DNA of 64,000 nucleotides, taken from the IMG/VR virus record IMGVR_UViG_3300022468_000816, one strand, 5' to 3'. The translations under genes were made by a program, and so were the position numbers. Each line of letters begins with the position of its first letter. The first letter of the stretch is position 1. This document shows, piece by piece, positions 16,354-26,479 of the stretch. The notes beneath the pieces were generated by a model. The model was not told where the DNA came from and ran no database searches. It was given only the letters and a program-made list of their open reading frames with translations. Origin of the DNA: an uncultured virus (IMG/VR IMGVR_UViG_3300022468_000816) (lineage: Duplodnaviria > Heunggongvirae > Uroviricota > Caudoviricetes).

Positions 16354-18084
16354 TCAAAATGCGGGCTCTTGGCCCTGTTGGTTGGAATCTGGTCGCGCGA
16401 CGGCGGCGCGCATGAAATCGCCGAAGCCCTGATCGTCGCCGGGGCGGTCGACAATGCCGGTCTTGTGCTGGGCCACGTGGCGGTCGAACCGATCGCGCAG
16501 CTCCTTGAGCGCCTTGGGCTTGTAGGCTTTGAGGTCCGACAGGTAGATGCCGAAGGTGTCCCAGGGCGTCTGCCCAGTCTTTTTGGCCCAGGCCTGCATG
16601 TCGAAGATCAGGGAGGTGCGCAGTGCGGCCTTCTCCTCGCGCGCCCTCACGATCGCCTCGGCCCGCTTGGGCGCGTAGCCCAGCTGCTGGACCATGTCCT
16701 CGACGGACTTCGCCGCAGCCTGAGCGCTGCGCTGGCGCGCGGCCTCCTGGATCCGCATCTTCTCCTGCATCTCGGGCGTGATCTGCTGCAGCTCGCCGTC
16801 CACCTGCGTGAGCTGGCGGGTCTTCACCGGGTACTCGAAGCCGCAGGTGGGGCACGTCGGCGCGGCCTCGTGGGTGGTGAAGCACTCAGGGCACTGCTTG
16901 ATGTCGATCGGCGGCAGGTCCTCGGCCTCGTCCTTGGCCTTTTTTTTCTTCTTCTTGCGTCCGTCGAGGGACCAGCTGCGCTCCTGATTGGGCAGGCCGT
17001 GCTTGGGTCGGAAGTCGCCATCCAGCAGTGAGCCGACGTTGGCCACGTGGTCCAGCAGGTAGCACACGGTCTTGCCCGGGCTCGGCCGCATCACGCGACC
17101 CACCTGCTGCAGGAACAGCGCCTCGCTGGCCGTGGGGCGCAGCATGATGCAGCACTCCAGGTCCGGCAGGTCATAGCCCTCGCTGACCAGGTCGACCGTG
17201 CAGGCCCCGTGGATCTCGCCGCGGCGCAGCTTCTTGTTCACCGCGGTGCGCTCGGCGTCGCTCATGTGCGGCGCGCCCACCAGCAGCTCGAACCGGTAGC
17301 CAGCCTCGTTGAACTGGTCGGCCACGTGGCGCGCGTGGTCGATGCCGCTGCAGAACACGATGGCCCGGGCCCCGGGGCAAATCTTGGTGTAGTGCTCGAC
17401 GGCGCTGCCGGTGATGCGCGGCTTGTCCACCCGGGCGGCCAGGTCCTGGAGGTTGTATTCGCCGTCCTTGTTGGTCTTGAGGTCGTCGATCTCGGGCACG
17501 ATCGGGCTGGCGTAGACCTGCGGGTTGATCAGCATGCCGCGGCGGATCAGCTCCACCACGCTGGGGCCCAGCACCATGGACTTGAAGACGCCGCCGGCAT
17601 GCTCGCCCAGGCCCTTGCCGTCGGTGCGCACCGGCGTGGCGGTCACGCCGAGCATGTGGGGCTTGCCCAGCTGCTCGTAGACGCGACCCCACTTGTTGCC
17701 GGCCACCACGTGGTGGGCCTCGTCGAAGATCAGCAGGCCGAACTTGTAGGCCTTCTTTTTCAGGCGCTGCAGCAGGGTGTCGACGCTGGCCACCTGCACC
17801 AGGGCGTGCGGATTGGGCGTGAAGTCGGGGCTGATCAGCCCGTGCTGGATGCCGAGCGCCGTGAGCGACGCCGAGGCCTGCAGCAGCAGCTCCTTGCGGT
17901 GCACGATGATGCAGACCGATCGGCCTTTGTCGGCCGCGCTGCTGGCGATGTAGCTGAACGTGAAGGTTTTGCCGCCGCCGGTGGGCAGCACAAACAGAAC
18001 GGGCGTGTTGCCCTGGCGGAACTCCAGGCGGATCTCGCCAACGGCGGTCTGCTGATAATCTCTGAGGGAAATATTGCTGCTCAT
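16354..18084 (-). CDS. SF2 DEAH helicase with C-terminal Zn ribbon
   Basis: [37 protein letters not shown]. Confidence 0.92.
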   Translation of the reverse strand: MSSNISLRDYQQTAVGEIRLEFRQGNTPVLFVLPTGGGKTFTFSYIASSAADKGRSVCIIVHRKELLLQASASLTALGIQHGLISPDFTPNPHALVQVASVDTLLQRLKKKAYKFGLLIFDEAHHVVAGNKWGRVYEQLGKPHMLGVTATPVRTDGKGLGEHAGGVFKSMVLGPSVVELIRRGMLINPQVYASPIVPEIDDLKTNKDGEYNLQDLAARVDKPRITGSAVEHYTKICPGARAIVFCSGIDHARHVADQFNEAGYRFELLVGAPHMSDAERTAVNKKLRRGEIHGACTVDLVSEGYDLPDLECCIMLRPTASEALFLQQVGRVMRPSPGKTVCYLLDHVANVGSLLDGDFRPKHGLPNQERSWSLDGRKKKKKKAKDEAEDLPPIDIKQCPECFTTHEAAPTCPTCGFEYPVKTRQLTQVDGELQQITPEMQEKMRIQEAARQRSAQAAAKSVEDMVQQLGYAPKRAEAIVRAREEKAALRTSLIFDMQAWAKKTGQTPWDTFGIYLSDLKAYKPKALKELRDRFDRHVAQHKTGIVDRPGDDQGFGDFMRAAVARPDSNQQGQEPAF

Positions 18085-18554
18085 GCGACGTCCTTGAAGG
18101 TCCGCCGTGTGCGCGCAGCCCAGACTGTAGAGGGTGTAACACCAAGGTCTTTGGCCAAGACGGCGCTGGAGGTGCTGCAAGCCCGTATCTCAAGGACCTG
18201 CGCGTCTGTCAGCTTCGCGACTTGGTGAAGCTCGCTGCTGCACCAGGTTGCCTCGGGGAGCACGACGCGACCTTTCCGGGATGCGTCCTGCATGTTCTCG
18301 GCACGCGTGCCAACAAACAGGTGCTCAGGATTGACGCACAGGCGCACGTCACAGTGATGGCACACATGCAGCCCCGCAGGGATTGGGCCTACAAGTAATC
18401 GCCACGCTGCGCGGTGCGCGTATTCAACCTCTCCGCTCGTAATGCCAAAGCGCCCGTACCCGGTGGTCGGCTGATGTGCTGCGGTCCAAATCCAGCACCC
18501 GGCGATGGGGATCATCGCCACCTTGGCCATGAATCGATCGATCGTTTTCGTCAT
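18081..18554 (-). CDS. HNH endonuclease
   Basis: CWIWT...YGRF...AHR...[20 protein letters not shown]...N; C-terminal HTH. Confidence 0.88.
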   Translation of the reverse strand: MTKTIDRFMAKVAMIPIAGCWIWTAAHQPTTGYGRFGITSGEVEYAHRAAWRLLVGPIPAGLHVCHHCDVRLCVNPEHLFVGTRAENMQDASRKGRVVLPEATWCSSELHQVAKLTDAQVLEIRACSTSSAVLAKDLGVTPSTVWAARTRRTFKDVA

Positions 18555-18602
18555 GTAAAACGCGGCATCAACAAGCCGTCCGCGCCCTAAAAAAGATTGT
18601 TG

Positions 18603-18833
18603 TTACTTTGCGACAGCAGCAGCGCCGGCACGGTGGCGGTCGACGATTTCTTCCATCTTTGTGACCATCTGCACCGTCTTGGGCACGCTTCGCTTCCAGC
18701 GGTCGGGCGTGGCCCGGCTGAACCCGGCTTCCTTGCAGATGCTGGTGAAATTCAGCCCGATTGCTTTCGCGTCGGCCTCAATCTTCTCAAGGCGGCGCTT
18801 GAACAGCGCTTCAAAACTCTCCTGGGTGGACAT
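18603..18833 (-). CDS. small Cro/XRE-like HTH regulator
   Basis: GLNFTSICKEAGFSRATPDRWK; first gene at the divergent control region. Confidence 0.7.
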   Translation of the reverse strand: MSTQESFEALFKRRLEKIEADAKAIGLNFTSICKEAGFSRATPDRWKRSVPKTVQMVTKMEEIVDRHRAGAAAVAK

Positions 18834-19055
18834 GGGTAGCCTTTGATCAAATAACGGTAGTTCGTCGGAGTGTACCGTATTCGAGCAATGCCGCCAAAGT
18901 TTTGGGATGATCTTTTGTGATCACGAGTGATGTCCGCGGAGCATCTTGTGACTTACTCATTAAAAACTAGACAAGCCGGGTGCGGTTACTTGCGGCTTGA
19001 TCATTTTTGAATCAGAATTCAGCCCATCAGCACATTTCAACCCACAAGGAGTTAC
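18834..19055. promoter_or_regulatory. divergent control region with TGATC boxes
   Basis: leftward TTGGCG-17-TACACT; rightward TTGCGG-17-CAGAAT; boxes at 18908-18923 (perfect) and 18998-19013. Confidence 0.65.
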
Positions 19056-19925
19056 ATGCCACAAGCCCCGCAATACTTGATACCCGACGAGGACGGCGTG
19101 CTCGCGCCGCACCCGCTCGGGCTGGTCGACTGCACGAACGAGCAGTACCACTCGGGCCCCGGGATCTCGAAAAGCCACCTGGACCAGATCGCCACCGGCA
19201 GCCTGCGCCACTACTGGCACAAATACCTGAACCCGAACCGCGAGCCCGAGGAGCCCACACCCGCCAAGGTGCTGGGCAGCGGCATCCACTCGGCCATCCT
19301 GGAGCCGGACCTGTTCCTCACGCAGTTTGTGGGCAACCCCGGGATCGAGCGCCGCAGCAACGCGGGCAAGGCCGAGTACGCTGCTTTCCTGGCCGAGAAC
19401 GCCGGCAAAACCATCCTCACCGACGAGCAGATGCAGACGGCGCTGGCCGTGCGCGACGCCGTGCACCGGCACCCCGTGGCGTCAGGCCTGCTGCAAAACG
19501 GGAAGTCGGAGCAGTCGTTCTACGCGATCGACGAGGAGACCGGCGAGCTGATCAAGTGCCGGATCGACTGGCTGCCAGACAGCGGGGCGATGATCATCGA
19601 CGTGAAGACCACCGAGGACGCCAGCCCCGAGGGCTTTGGCAAGTCGGCGGCCAACTACCGCTACCCGCTGCAGACCGCGTGGTACCACGATGTGCTGGAC
19701 GCGGCCGTGGGCGAGCATCCGCCGCACTGGGTGTTCCTGGCGGTTGAGAAGACCCCGCCCTACGCCGTGGGCATCTACTTCACGGACCCGGTCGACGTGC
19801 AGCGCGCCCGCGTGGCCGGCCGCCGCGACTTCATGCGCCTGGTGGAGGCCAAGCGCGCCAACCACTGGCCCGACTGGGGCATGGAAGCTCTGCCGCTGCA
19901 GCTGCCGTCCTGGTGGCGCCCATGA
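19056..19925 (+). CDS. RecE/ExoVIII-like PD-(D/E)XK exonuclease
   Basis: NEQYHSGPGISKSHLD, KCRIDW, IIDVKTT, YPLQTAWY; AAGGAG RBS. Confidence 0.9.
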   Translation: MPQAPQYLIPDEDGVLAPHPLGLVDCTNEQYHSGPGISKSHLDQIATGSLRHYWHKYLNPNREPEEPTPAKVLGSGIHSAILEPDLFLTQFVGNPGIERRSNAGKAEYAAFLAENAGKTILTDEQMQTALAVRDAVHRHPVASGLLQNGKSEQSFYAIDEETGELIKCRIDWLPDSGAMIIDVKTTEDASPEGFGKSAANYRYPLQTAWYHDVLDAAVGEHPPHWVFLAVEKTPPYAVGIYFTDPVDVQRARVAGRRDFMRLVEAKRANHWPDWGMEALPLQLPSWWRP

Positions 19926-20026
19926 GGCTGCACCCGTTCATCTGGGCGAGCATCGTCTCCCTGCTGCTCTGGATCCCGATCATCTACGCCGCGCGCCGCG
20001 TCGCGCTGGCACTCATCTCGGATTGA
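19922..20026 (+). CDS. 34-aa membrane peptide
   Basis: ATGA-coupled; MRLHPFIWASIVSLLLWIPIIYAARR. Confidence 0.5.
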   Translation: MRLHPFIWASIVSLLLWIPIIYAARRVALALISD

Positions 20027-20028
20027 CC

Positions 20029-20658
20029 ATGTCAACTTCAAACTTCATCGGCGGCCACGAGCGCATCGCCTACACCATTGAGCACCGCGGCAGCTGCGTG
20101 CTGATCACCGGCGCCGTGCCGCTCGGGGCCATGGGCGCTCTGTGCCAGCTCGCGCCAAAAAACGCCGTCATGGACGCCGACGCAGCCACCGTGCTGGGCG
20201 TCACCTTCGCGATCGGACTGGCCGACGATCTGCGGGCCCTGCGCGCCGCGGCGACGCCGTCCTACGAGCGGACCATCCGCCAGCAGCAGCCCAGGCTGTC
20301 AGAGGCCGCTATCGCCTGGCTGGCCAAAGGCGAGCGGGGCATGAGCAGCGAGGCGATGTTCGAGCGCCTGACGGGCGAGAAGTGCACCCGGGAAAGCCCG
20401 TCGCGCGACGCCCGAACCGCTCACCCCTACGACCCGGATGACCTGCGCCGGTGCCGCCTGCTGCTGGAGTGGGTGCCCGAGCTGCAGCCGCTGCTGCCGA
20501 GCATGGCCAAGGTGTCGCCCGCGTGGGCCGGCCTGGTCGAGGCGTGGGATGACATCTGCGCCACCATGGATGCCGAGTGCCCGGACTGGCGCAACCCAAG
20601 GCGCGGCAGCAGCGCACCCAAGACCTATCAACTCATCAAACAGGCCATCGGCCGCTAA
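20029..20658 (+). CDS. hypothetical phage protein
   Basis: WLAKGERGMSSEAM...HPYDPDDLRRCRLLL pattern. Confidence 0.75.
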   Translation: MSTSNFIGGHERIAYTIEHRGSCVLITGAVPLGAMGALCQLAPKNAVMDADAATVLGVTFAIGLADDLRALRAAATPSYERTIRQQQPRLSEAAIAWLAKGERGMSSEAMFERLTGEKCTRESPSRDARTAHPYDPDDLRRCRLLLEWVPELQPLLPSMAKVSPAWAGLVEAWDDICATMDAECPDWRNPRRGSSAPKTYQLIKQAIGR

Positions 20659-20661
20659 CCA

Positions 20662-21231
20662 ATGACTCAAGAAACCCAACTCACCGGCGCGGTGATCGCC
20701 AACGCGAGCGCCATCGATCGGAACGCGACCGACTACTACCCCACGCCGGAGAATGTCACCCTGGCCCTGGCCAACCGCCTGCAACTCAAAGGTGTGACGG
20801 TCTGGGAGCCCGCCTGCGGTGCTGGGCACATGGCCCGCGCGCTGCAGCAGTGCGGCGCCCACGTTGTGGCCAGCGAGCTCCACCACCAGGGTTACGGCAT
20901 CGGCGGCGTGGACTTTCTGTCGGCAGACCCGCCGGCAGATTGCGAATGGATCATCACCAATCCGCCATTCCGGCTGGCCGAGCAGTTCATTGAACGCTGC
21001 ATTCAGCACAAAAAGAACTTCGCCATGCTGCTCAAGAGCCAATACTGGCACAGCGCACGCCGGCGGGAGCTTTTTGAGAGCCACCGCCCATCCTGCGTGC
21101 TCCCCCTCACGTGGCGCCCAGATTTTCACTTCGGCTCAAAAGGCGGAAGCCCGACCATGGATGTCGCATGGACGGTCTGGCGCAGCGAGCCCAGCAACGT
21201 GACCGAATACCAACCACTTCAACGCCCGTAA
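20662..21231 (+). CDS. small amino (N6-A/N4-C) DNA methyltransferase
   Basis: DYYPTP, WEPACGAG, IITNPPF. Confidence 0.85.
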   Translation: MTQETQLTGAVIANASAIDRNATDYYPTPENVTLALANRLQLKGVTVWEPACGAGHMARALQQCGAHVVASELHHQGYGIGGVDFLSADPPADCEWIITNPPFRLAEQFIERCIQHKKNFAMLLKSQYWHSARRRELFESHRPSCVLPLTWRPDFHFGSKGGSPTMDVAWTVWRSEPSNVTEYQPLQRP

Positions 21232-21236
21232 CCACC

Positions 21237-22562
21237 ATGCAAATCACCCACATCTCCATCAAGAACATCCTTGGCATCGCCGAGCTCGAACTGAGCCCCG
21301 AGGGCTTCACCGAGATCAGCGGGCCCAATGGCGCCGGCAAGACCTCGGTGCTGGAGGCCATCAAGTCGGTGCTCGAAACGGGCCACGACGCCACCCTGCT
21401 GCGCAAGGGCGCCGAGGTGGGCGAGACCGTGCTGGTGCTGGATGACGGCACCGAGCTGAGCAAGCGCGTGACCGCCAGCGGCAGCACCACCAGCGTGCGA
21501 CGTGACGGCAAGAAGACCGCCCGCCCGGCCGAGGCCATCAAGGCGCTGACCGACATGCTGTCGGTGAACCCCATCGACTTCCTGCGCGCGCCGAAGAAGG
21601 ACCGCGTGCGCGTGCTGCTGGAGTCCATGCCGATCGAGGTCGACGCCCAGCACCTGTCCGAGCTGGCCGGCGTCGAGGTGAAGCCCCAGCCAGGCGTGCA
21701 TGCCCTGCACGTCATCCAGCAGGTGCACACGCAGGTGTACGACGCCCGCACCGGCACGAACCGCGCCGTGAAGGAGAAGACGGCCACGATCAGCCAGCTT
21801 GAGGCCGCAGTACCGCCGCTGCCCGAGGGCGTGGCCGGCGACGAGGGCGAACTGGAGCAGCAGCTGCTGGCCGCCACGGAGGCCCGAGACACCACTCTGG
21901 GCAAGATCACCGCCAAGCTGGACGGGCTCAAGACGAAGGCACAGGCCGACATCGACGCCGTGCGCGCAGAGACGCAGCGCCTGATCGACGAGGCGAAGGC
22001 CGCAGGCCAGGCAAAGGTCGACGCCATCAATGCCGAGCTGGCCGAGCAGGCAGGCAAGGCCGCTGCAGCGCGCGAGAAGGCGCACGCGACGCACACGGCG
22101 GCCGTGACCCCGATCAACACGCAGCTGCAGGTCATCCGCAACGACCGCGAGGCCGCCGGCCGCCGCAACCAGACGCTGGACACGATCGCCGCGCTCAGCA
22201 CCGAGCTGGCGTCGCTGACGGCCGAGGCTGAGCGCCAGAGCAAGGCCCTGGCCGACATCGAAGCCTACAAGGCCGAGCTGCTCGCAGGACTGCCCATCCC
22301 GGGCGTGGAGGTGATCGACGGCGAGATTTACCGCGACGGCGTGCAGTTCGACCGCCTCAACACCGCTCAGCAGGTCGGAATCGCGGTGGAGGTGGCCAAG
22401 CTGCGCGCCGCAGACCTCGGCATCGTGTGCGTGGACCGCATCGAGTGCCTGGACGCCGAGTCCATGGAGGAATTCCGCCGCGGCGCGCTGGAGTCGGGCC
22501 TGCAGATGTTTGTGACCCGCGTCACCGACGAAGAATTCCAAATCGAAACCGGAAACGAATAG
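21237..22562 (+). CDS. SbcC/Rad50-like ABC ATPase with coiled coil
   Basis: GPNGAGKTS Walker A, long helical centre, LNTAQQ signature-like, VCVDRIE Walker B. Confidence 0.82.
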   Translation: MQITHISIKNILGIAELELSPEGFTEISGPNGAGKTSVLEAIKSVLETGHDATLLRKGAEVGETVLVLDDGTELSKRVTASGSTTSVRRDGKKTARPAEAIKALTDMLSVNPIDFLRAPKKDRVRVLLESMPIEVDAQHLSELAGVEVKPQPGVHALHVIQQVHTQVYDARTGTNRAVKEKTATISQLEAAVPPLPEGVAGDEGELEQQLLAATEARDTTLGKITAKLDGLKTKAQADIDAVRAETQRLIDEAKAAGQAKVDAINAELAEQAGKAAAAREKAHATHTAAVTPINTQLQVIRNDREAAGRRNQTLDTIAALSTELASLTAEAERQSKALADIEAYKAELLAGLPIPGVEVIDGEIYRDGVQFDRLNTAQQVGIAVEVAKLRAADLGIVCVDRIECLDAESMEEFRRGALESGLQMFVTRVTDEEFQIETGNE

Positions 22563-22626
22563 TCAAAATCAATCGGGTCGCCCTGATTTACTCAAATACA
22601 ATCAACCACCCATCACCGGAACTACC

Positions 22627-23166
22627 ATGAAACCTTTTATCCAAATCGCTCTGACCACCGGCCACGTTTACGAGGTTGCTACAGAAGTCATAGCGCAGAA
22701 CCGGGCGAAGGCCATGCTCGAACTGCACAAGGACGAGTTCGCGAATATTGAGGAGGCCCTGGCCGATACGCGCGAGCTGTTCGACGACGGCTACGAGGTC
22801 AGCGACTGGGCCAAAAACAACATGAACCCGTCGGATTACTTGCCCACGGCGCGCCTGGTGCGGTTCACGCCGCCCGAGCAGGACTTTGTGAACAGCGCCG
22901 AATGGACCCACCACGACCACGCCGCCCTGGTGGGCGAGCTGGACGGCGAGCAGGTCATGCGCCAGCCCGTCGAGGCCGTGATGACCGCCATGGGTGCATC
23001 CGGTCAGATCGCCAACGTCGCAGTGATGCACGGGGCCGACAGAAAGGCCTTCGGAGCCATTGCGGTGTTCCTGGGCCCGGATCCCGTGGTCGGCTCCTTC
23101 ATCCAGGCCATCGAGTTCACCGCCAACCACCTCACCGGCGGCGCGCCCGCCGCGCCGAAGCACTGA
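22627..23166 (+). CDS. hypothetical protein
   Basis: 179-aa GC3-rich ORF. Confidence 0.75.
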   Translation: MKPFIQIALTTGHVYEVATEVIAQNRAKAMLELHKDEFANIEEALADTRELFDDGYEVSDWAKNNMNPSDYLPTARLVRFTPPEQDFVNSAEWTHHDHAALVGELDGEQVMRQPVEAVMTAMGASGQIANVAVMHGADRKAFGAIAVFLGPDPVVGSFIQAIEFTANHLTGGAPAAPKH

Positions 23167-23190
23167 TCCCACCACCCTGAAAGATCGAAA

Positions 23191-24285
23191 ATGAGTGAAA
23201 ACCTTCCAGCTGTCCAAGAGCAGCAACATCCGTTCGGCCGCATGATGGCGGCCGGTACCGGCCTCAACGCCGGCTCCGTGGCGATCGAGCAGGAGCGCGC
23301 GATCGCCGAGGCGCAGGGCAAGCTGATCATCGCGCGCCGCTTCCCCCGCTCCATGGTGGAGGCCCGCCAGGAGTTCATGGAGGCCTGCGCGGATCCCGAG
23401 TTCGCGGCGACGGCCTTCTATGCCGTGAAGAACCGCGGCAACGGCCCGAGCATCCGCTTCGCCGAGGAGATCGCGCGCTGCTACGGCCACATGGACTATG
23501 GCCACCGCGAGCTGTCGCGCAGCGAGGGCAAGAGCGAGGTCGAGGTCTACGCATGGGACATGCAGCGCAACAACTTCTCGCGCCGCCAGATCACCGTCGA
23601 GCACGTGCTGGACACTACGGACGGCCCGCGCAAGCTGCGCAACCAGGGTGACATCGACAACCGCATCGCCAACATCGCCAGCAAGCAGGTGCGCAGCCGC
23701 ATCCTGGCCCTGATGCCCAAGGCGCTGGTGGCCGCCGGCGTTGCCCGCTGCAAGCTCACGATCGCCGGCGGCGGTGAAAAGCCGCTGAGCGAGCGCATTG
23801 CCGCCATGGTGGCCGCATTCAGCAAGTACGGCGTGACCGTGGCGCACCTGACCGCCTACCTGGAGCACAGCGTCGACCACACCACGGTAGACGAGCTGGC
23901 CGACCTGATGGGCATCTTCAACGCCCTCCGGGACGGAGCCAAGCCCAGCGAGTATTTCCCGCTCGGTGACGCCGCCGCCAGCGACGCCAACGCCAGCGCG
24001 GCGGCTGCGATCGCCGCACAGGCGCAGGCCAAGGCCGCAACGCCAGCACCTGCAGCACCTGCGCCGGCAGCCCGCACGCGCGCGGCCGCCGCCAGCAAAT
24101 CTGCACAAGCAGAAGGCAATGCGGTGAAAGAGCAGGCAGCCGAATCCGCTCAGAAACCTGCCCAGCAGCAAGCGGAACCGGAGCAGCAACCGGCCGCAAA
24201 AGAACCTGCACCAGCACCAGCCGCGGACGCTCCTGCAGCGCCCCCCGCCGCGGCTCCCGCTGGCGATTCCGACGACGTGTTCTAG
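23191..24285 (+). CDS. conserved phage protein, possible ssDNA-annealing recombinase
   Basis: ARRFPRS...GPSIRFAEEIAR; disordered acidic tail DSDDVF; function inferred from exonuclease operon context. Confidence 0.6.
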   Translation: MSENLPAVQEQQHPFGRMMAAGTGLNAGSVAIEQERAIAEAQGKLIIARRFPRSMVEARQEFMEACADPEFAATAFYAVKNRGNGPSIRFAEEIARCYGHMDYGHRELSRSEGKSEVEVYAWDMQRNNFSRRQITVEHVLDTTDGPRKLRNQGDIDNRIANIASKQVRSRILALMPKALVAAGVARCKLTIAGGGEKPLSERIAAMVAAFSKYGVTVAHLTAYLEHSVDHTTVDELADLMGIFNALRDGAKPSEYFPLGDAAASDANASAAAAIAAQAQAKAATPAPAAPAPAARTRAAAASKSAQAEGNAVKEQAAESAQKPAQQQAEPEQQPAAKEPAPAPAADAPAAPPAAAPAGDSDDVF

Positions 24286-24300
24286 CCATAGGAGGGGTCG

Positions 24301-24504
24301 CTGACCCGCAAGTACCTCACACCAGCCGAGGTTTCCGACCGCTACAGCGGTCGAGTTTCGGTCCGCACGCTGGCCAACTGGAGGTGGGCCGGCAGCGGCC
24401 CGAAGTTCACCAGGATCGGCGGCCGCATCCTGTACGACCTCAATGAGCTCGTGCAGTGGGAAAACAAGAGAACGGTCGAGCACACCAGCGAGTACCGGAA
24501 GTAA
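24301..24504 (+). CDS. excisionase-like (AlpA/HTH_17) protein, CTG start
   Basis: AGGAGG 5 nt before CTG; KYLTPAEVSDRYSGRVSVRTLANWRWAGSGPKFTRIGGRILYDLNELVQWE. Confidence 0.8.
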   Translation: MTRKYLTPAEVSDRYSGRVSVRTLANWRWAGSGPKFTRIGGRILYDLNELVQWENKRTVEHTSEYRK

Positions 24505-24549
24505 TGAGGCGGCGGGCCGGGCCCGCCGTTTCGATTCAAGGGGATTATT

Positions 24550-24795
24550 TTGGAACAGACCCGCCTGGGCTCTTTGATCGAGTCCTGCATCAACACTGGC
24601 ATTGGTTTCGTGGTCAGCATTGCGCTGGCGATGCTGGTCTATCCGCTGTTCGGAGCCAGTTTCACTTTCGCCCAGAATTTTTGGATCACCGTCATTTTTA
24701 CGGTGGCTAGTGTGGGCCGCAGCTACGCAGTGCGCCGCTGGGCGAATGCTCGCATCCGACGCGCGGCCCAGCGCATGGCCGCATCGGTGTCGTGA
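24550..24795 (+). CDS. small two-TM membrane protein
   Basis: QTRLGSLIESCINT...SVGRSYAVRRW; TTG start. Confidence 0.75.
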   Translation: MEQTRLGSLIESCINTGIGFVVSIALAMLVYPLFGASFTFAQNFWITVIFTVASVGRSYAVRRWANARIRRAAQRMAASVS

Positions 24796-25940
24796 CCACA
24801 TCGAAAGAACGTATGGAATGGTCACCACAGCAAGCAGCTGCACTCCTCAAAATCAAGCGCTGGGCCCAGCAGCGCGGCGGCCCGCAGGTCATGCGGGTGT
24901 TCGGCTTCGCGGGCACTGGCAAAACCACCATGGCGAAGGAAATCGCCTCTGGTATCGAGGGCGACGTCCTGTTCATGACGTTCACTGGCAAAGCCAGTCT
25001 GGTGCTGCGCAAGAAGGGCTGTGCGGGCGCGAGCACCATCCACAGCATGATCTACAAGCCGGAGGAGGACGAGCTCACCGGTCACACCGAGTTCAAGATC
25101 AACCGCGACAGCCCGGTGCACGGCGCTGCCCTGGTGGTGGTCGACGAGGTCTCTATGGTGGGGCCGGACATCGGCGAGGACCTGCTGAGCTTCGGCACCA
25201 AGGTGCTGGTGCTGGGCGACCCGTTCCAGCTGCCGCCGATCAGCGGCGAGGGGTTCTTCACCGCCCAGCAGCCAGACATCATGCTCACCGAGATCCACCG
25301 CCAGGCGGCCGACAACCCGATCATCCGCATGTCCATGGACATCCGGGAGGGCCGCAAGCTGGCCGCGGGCCGCTACGGCGACAGCGTCGTCGTGCAGCGG
25401 GACCAGGTCAGCAAGGAGGAGCTGCGCGCCATGGTGCTGGAGGCGGACCAGATGCTGTGCGGCCGCAACAACACCCGCCAGACGTTCAACCGCCGCGTGC
25501 GGCAGATCAAGGGCATCGCCGACGAGCAGCAGCCGTGGATCCCAATGGTGGGCGATCGGCTGGTTTGCCTCAAGAACAACCGCACCAAGGGCCTGCTCAA
25601 CGGTGGGCTCTGGAACATCAACAAGATCGGCGTGCAGGGCCAGGCGTTCGCCATGCAGGTGGGCTCGCTCGATGATCCAGAGACCATCATCCCCGTCGAC
25701 GTGCTGACGCCGTTCCCATATTTCCGCGGCACCGAGAAGGAGGAGTTGGACTGGCGCGAGCGCAAGCGCGCCGACGAGTTCACGTTCGGCTACGTGCTGA
25801 CGGTGCACAAGAGCCAGGGCTCGGCCTGGGACAGGGTGCTTGTGTTCGACGAGAGTTCGGTGTTCCGGGAGAACGCTGGGAACCATCTCTATACAGCCGT
25901 CACGCGCGCGGCTGAGCAGGTCACGGTGGTGCTGCAATGA
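24792..25940 (+). CDS. Dda/RecD-like SF1B helicase
   Basis: GFAGTGKTT, VDEVSMV, GDPFQLPP, TVHKSQGS, YTAVTRA. Confidence 0.92.
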   Translation: MTTSKERMEWSPQQAAALLKIKRWAQQRGGPQVMRVFGFAGTGKTTMAKEIASGIEGDVLFMTFTGKASLVLRKKGCAGASTIHSMIYKPEEDELTGHTEFKINRDSPVHGAALVVVDEVSMVGPDIGEDLLSFGTKVLVLGDPFQLPPISGEGFFTAQQPDIMLTEIHRQAADNPIIRMSMDIREGRKLAAGRYGDSVVVQRDQVSKEELRAMVLEADQMLCGRNNTRQTFNRRVRQIKGIADEQQPWIPMVGDRLVCLKNNRTKGLLNGGLWNINKIGVQGQAFAMQVGSLDDPETIIPVDVLTPFPYFRGTEKEELDWRERKRADEFTFGYVLTVHKSQGSAWDRVLVFDESSVFRENAGNHLYTAVTRAAEQVTVVLQ

Positions 25941-26479
25941 AGGCCACACGAGGAATTCGCGCCGCCGCAGCAGCAGCGGGGCAAAACCGATACTTCACCG
26001 GCGTTCCTTGCCCCAACGGCCATATAGCCGACCGCTTCACCAAGGGCGGGCAGTGCGTCGAGTGCAACCGTGCGCGTGCGTTGAGCTGGCAGCGCGCCAA
26101 CCCCGAGAAGCTGAGGGATCGGTGGGTCCGGTACCACGCTGAAAACCGCGACTCCATTTGCGCACAGAAGCGGGCACGCGAGGACGAAAACCGTCCTGCG
26201 ACGAGGGCTCGAAAGAGCGCCTACATGCGTGCAAATCGCGGCAAAATCGACAGAAAACTGGGCAAGTACACGCCGGCATGCCTGACCCCACAAGACTTCA
26301 AGGCCATCGATGCGATCTACGCTCTTGCTCGCGAGCGGTCCAAGCACGGCGAGCCGCATGAAGTCGACCACATCATCCCTCTCAAGGGCGTCGGTGTGTG
26401 CGGCCTCCATGTCCCATGGAATCTCCAAGTCTTGACGCAATTTGAGAACCGATCGAAGGGCAACCGCTATGTTGGGTAG
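25937..26479 (+). CDS. HNH endonuclease
   Basis: YFTGVPCPNGH N-terminus; HEVDHIIPL.G..VCGLHVPWNLQVLT..EN.SKGN. Confidence 0.88.
   Translation: MKATRGIRAAAAAAGQNRYFTGVPCPNGHIADRFTKGGQCVECNRARALSWQRANPEKLRDRWVRYHAENRDSICAQKRAREDENRPATRARKSAYMRANRGKIDRKLGKYTPACLTPQDFKAIDAIYALARERSKHGEPHEVDHIIPLKGVGVCGLHVPWNLQVLTQFENRSKGNRYVG

Noticed and set aside
15214..17031. Long antisense ORFs (also 22588-24843, 47314-49461, 50827-52818, 28182-29723)
   Set aside because: Shadow frames of real genes in GC-rich DNA; no motifs or RBS.
4121..26479. Restriction-modification system from MTases plus HNH nucleases
   Set aside because: The MTases are not adjacent to any nuclease and the three HNHs look like free-standing homing-type enzymes.
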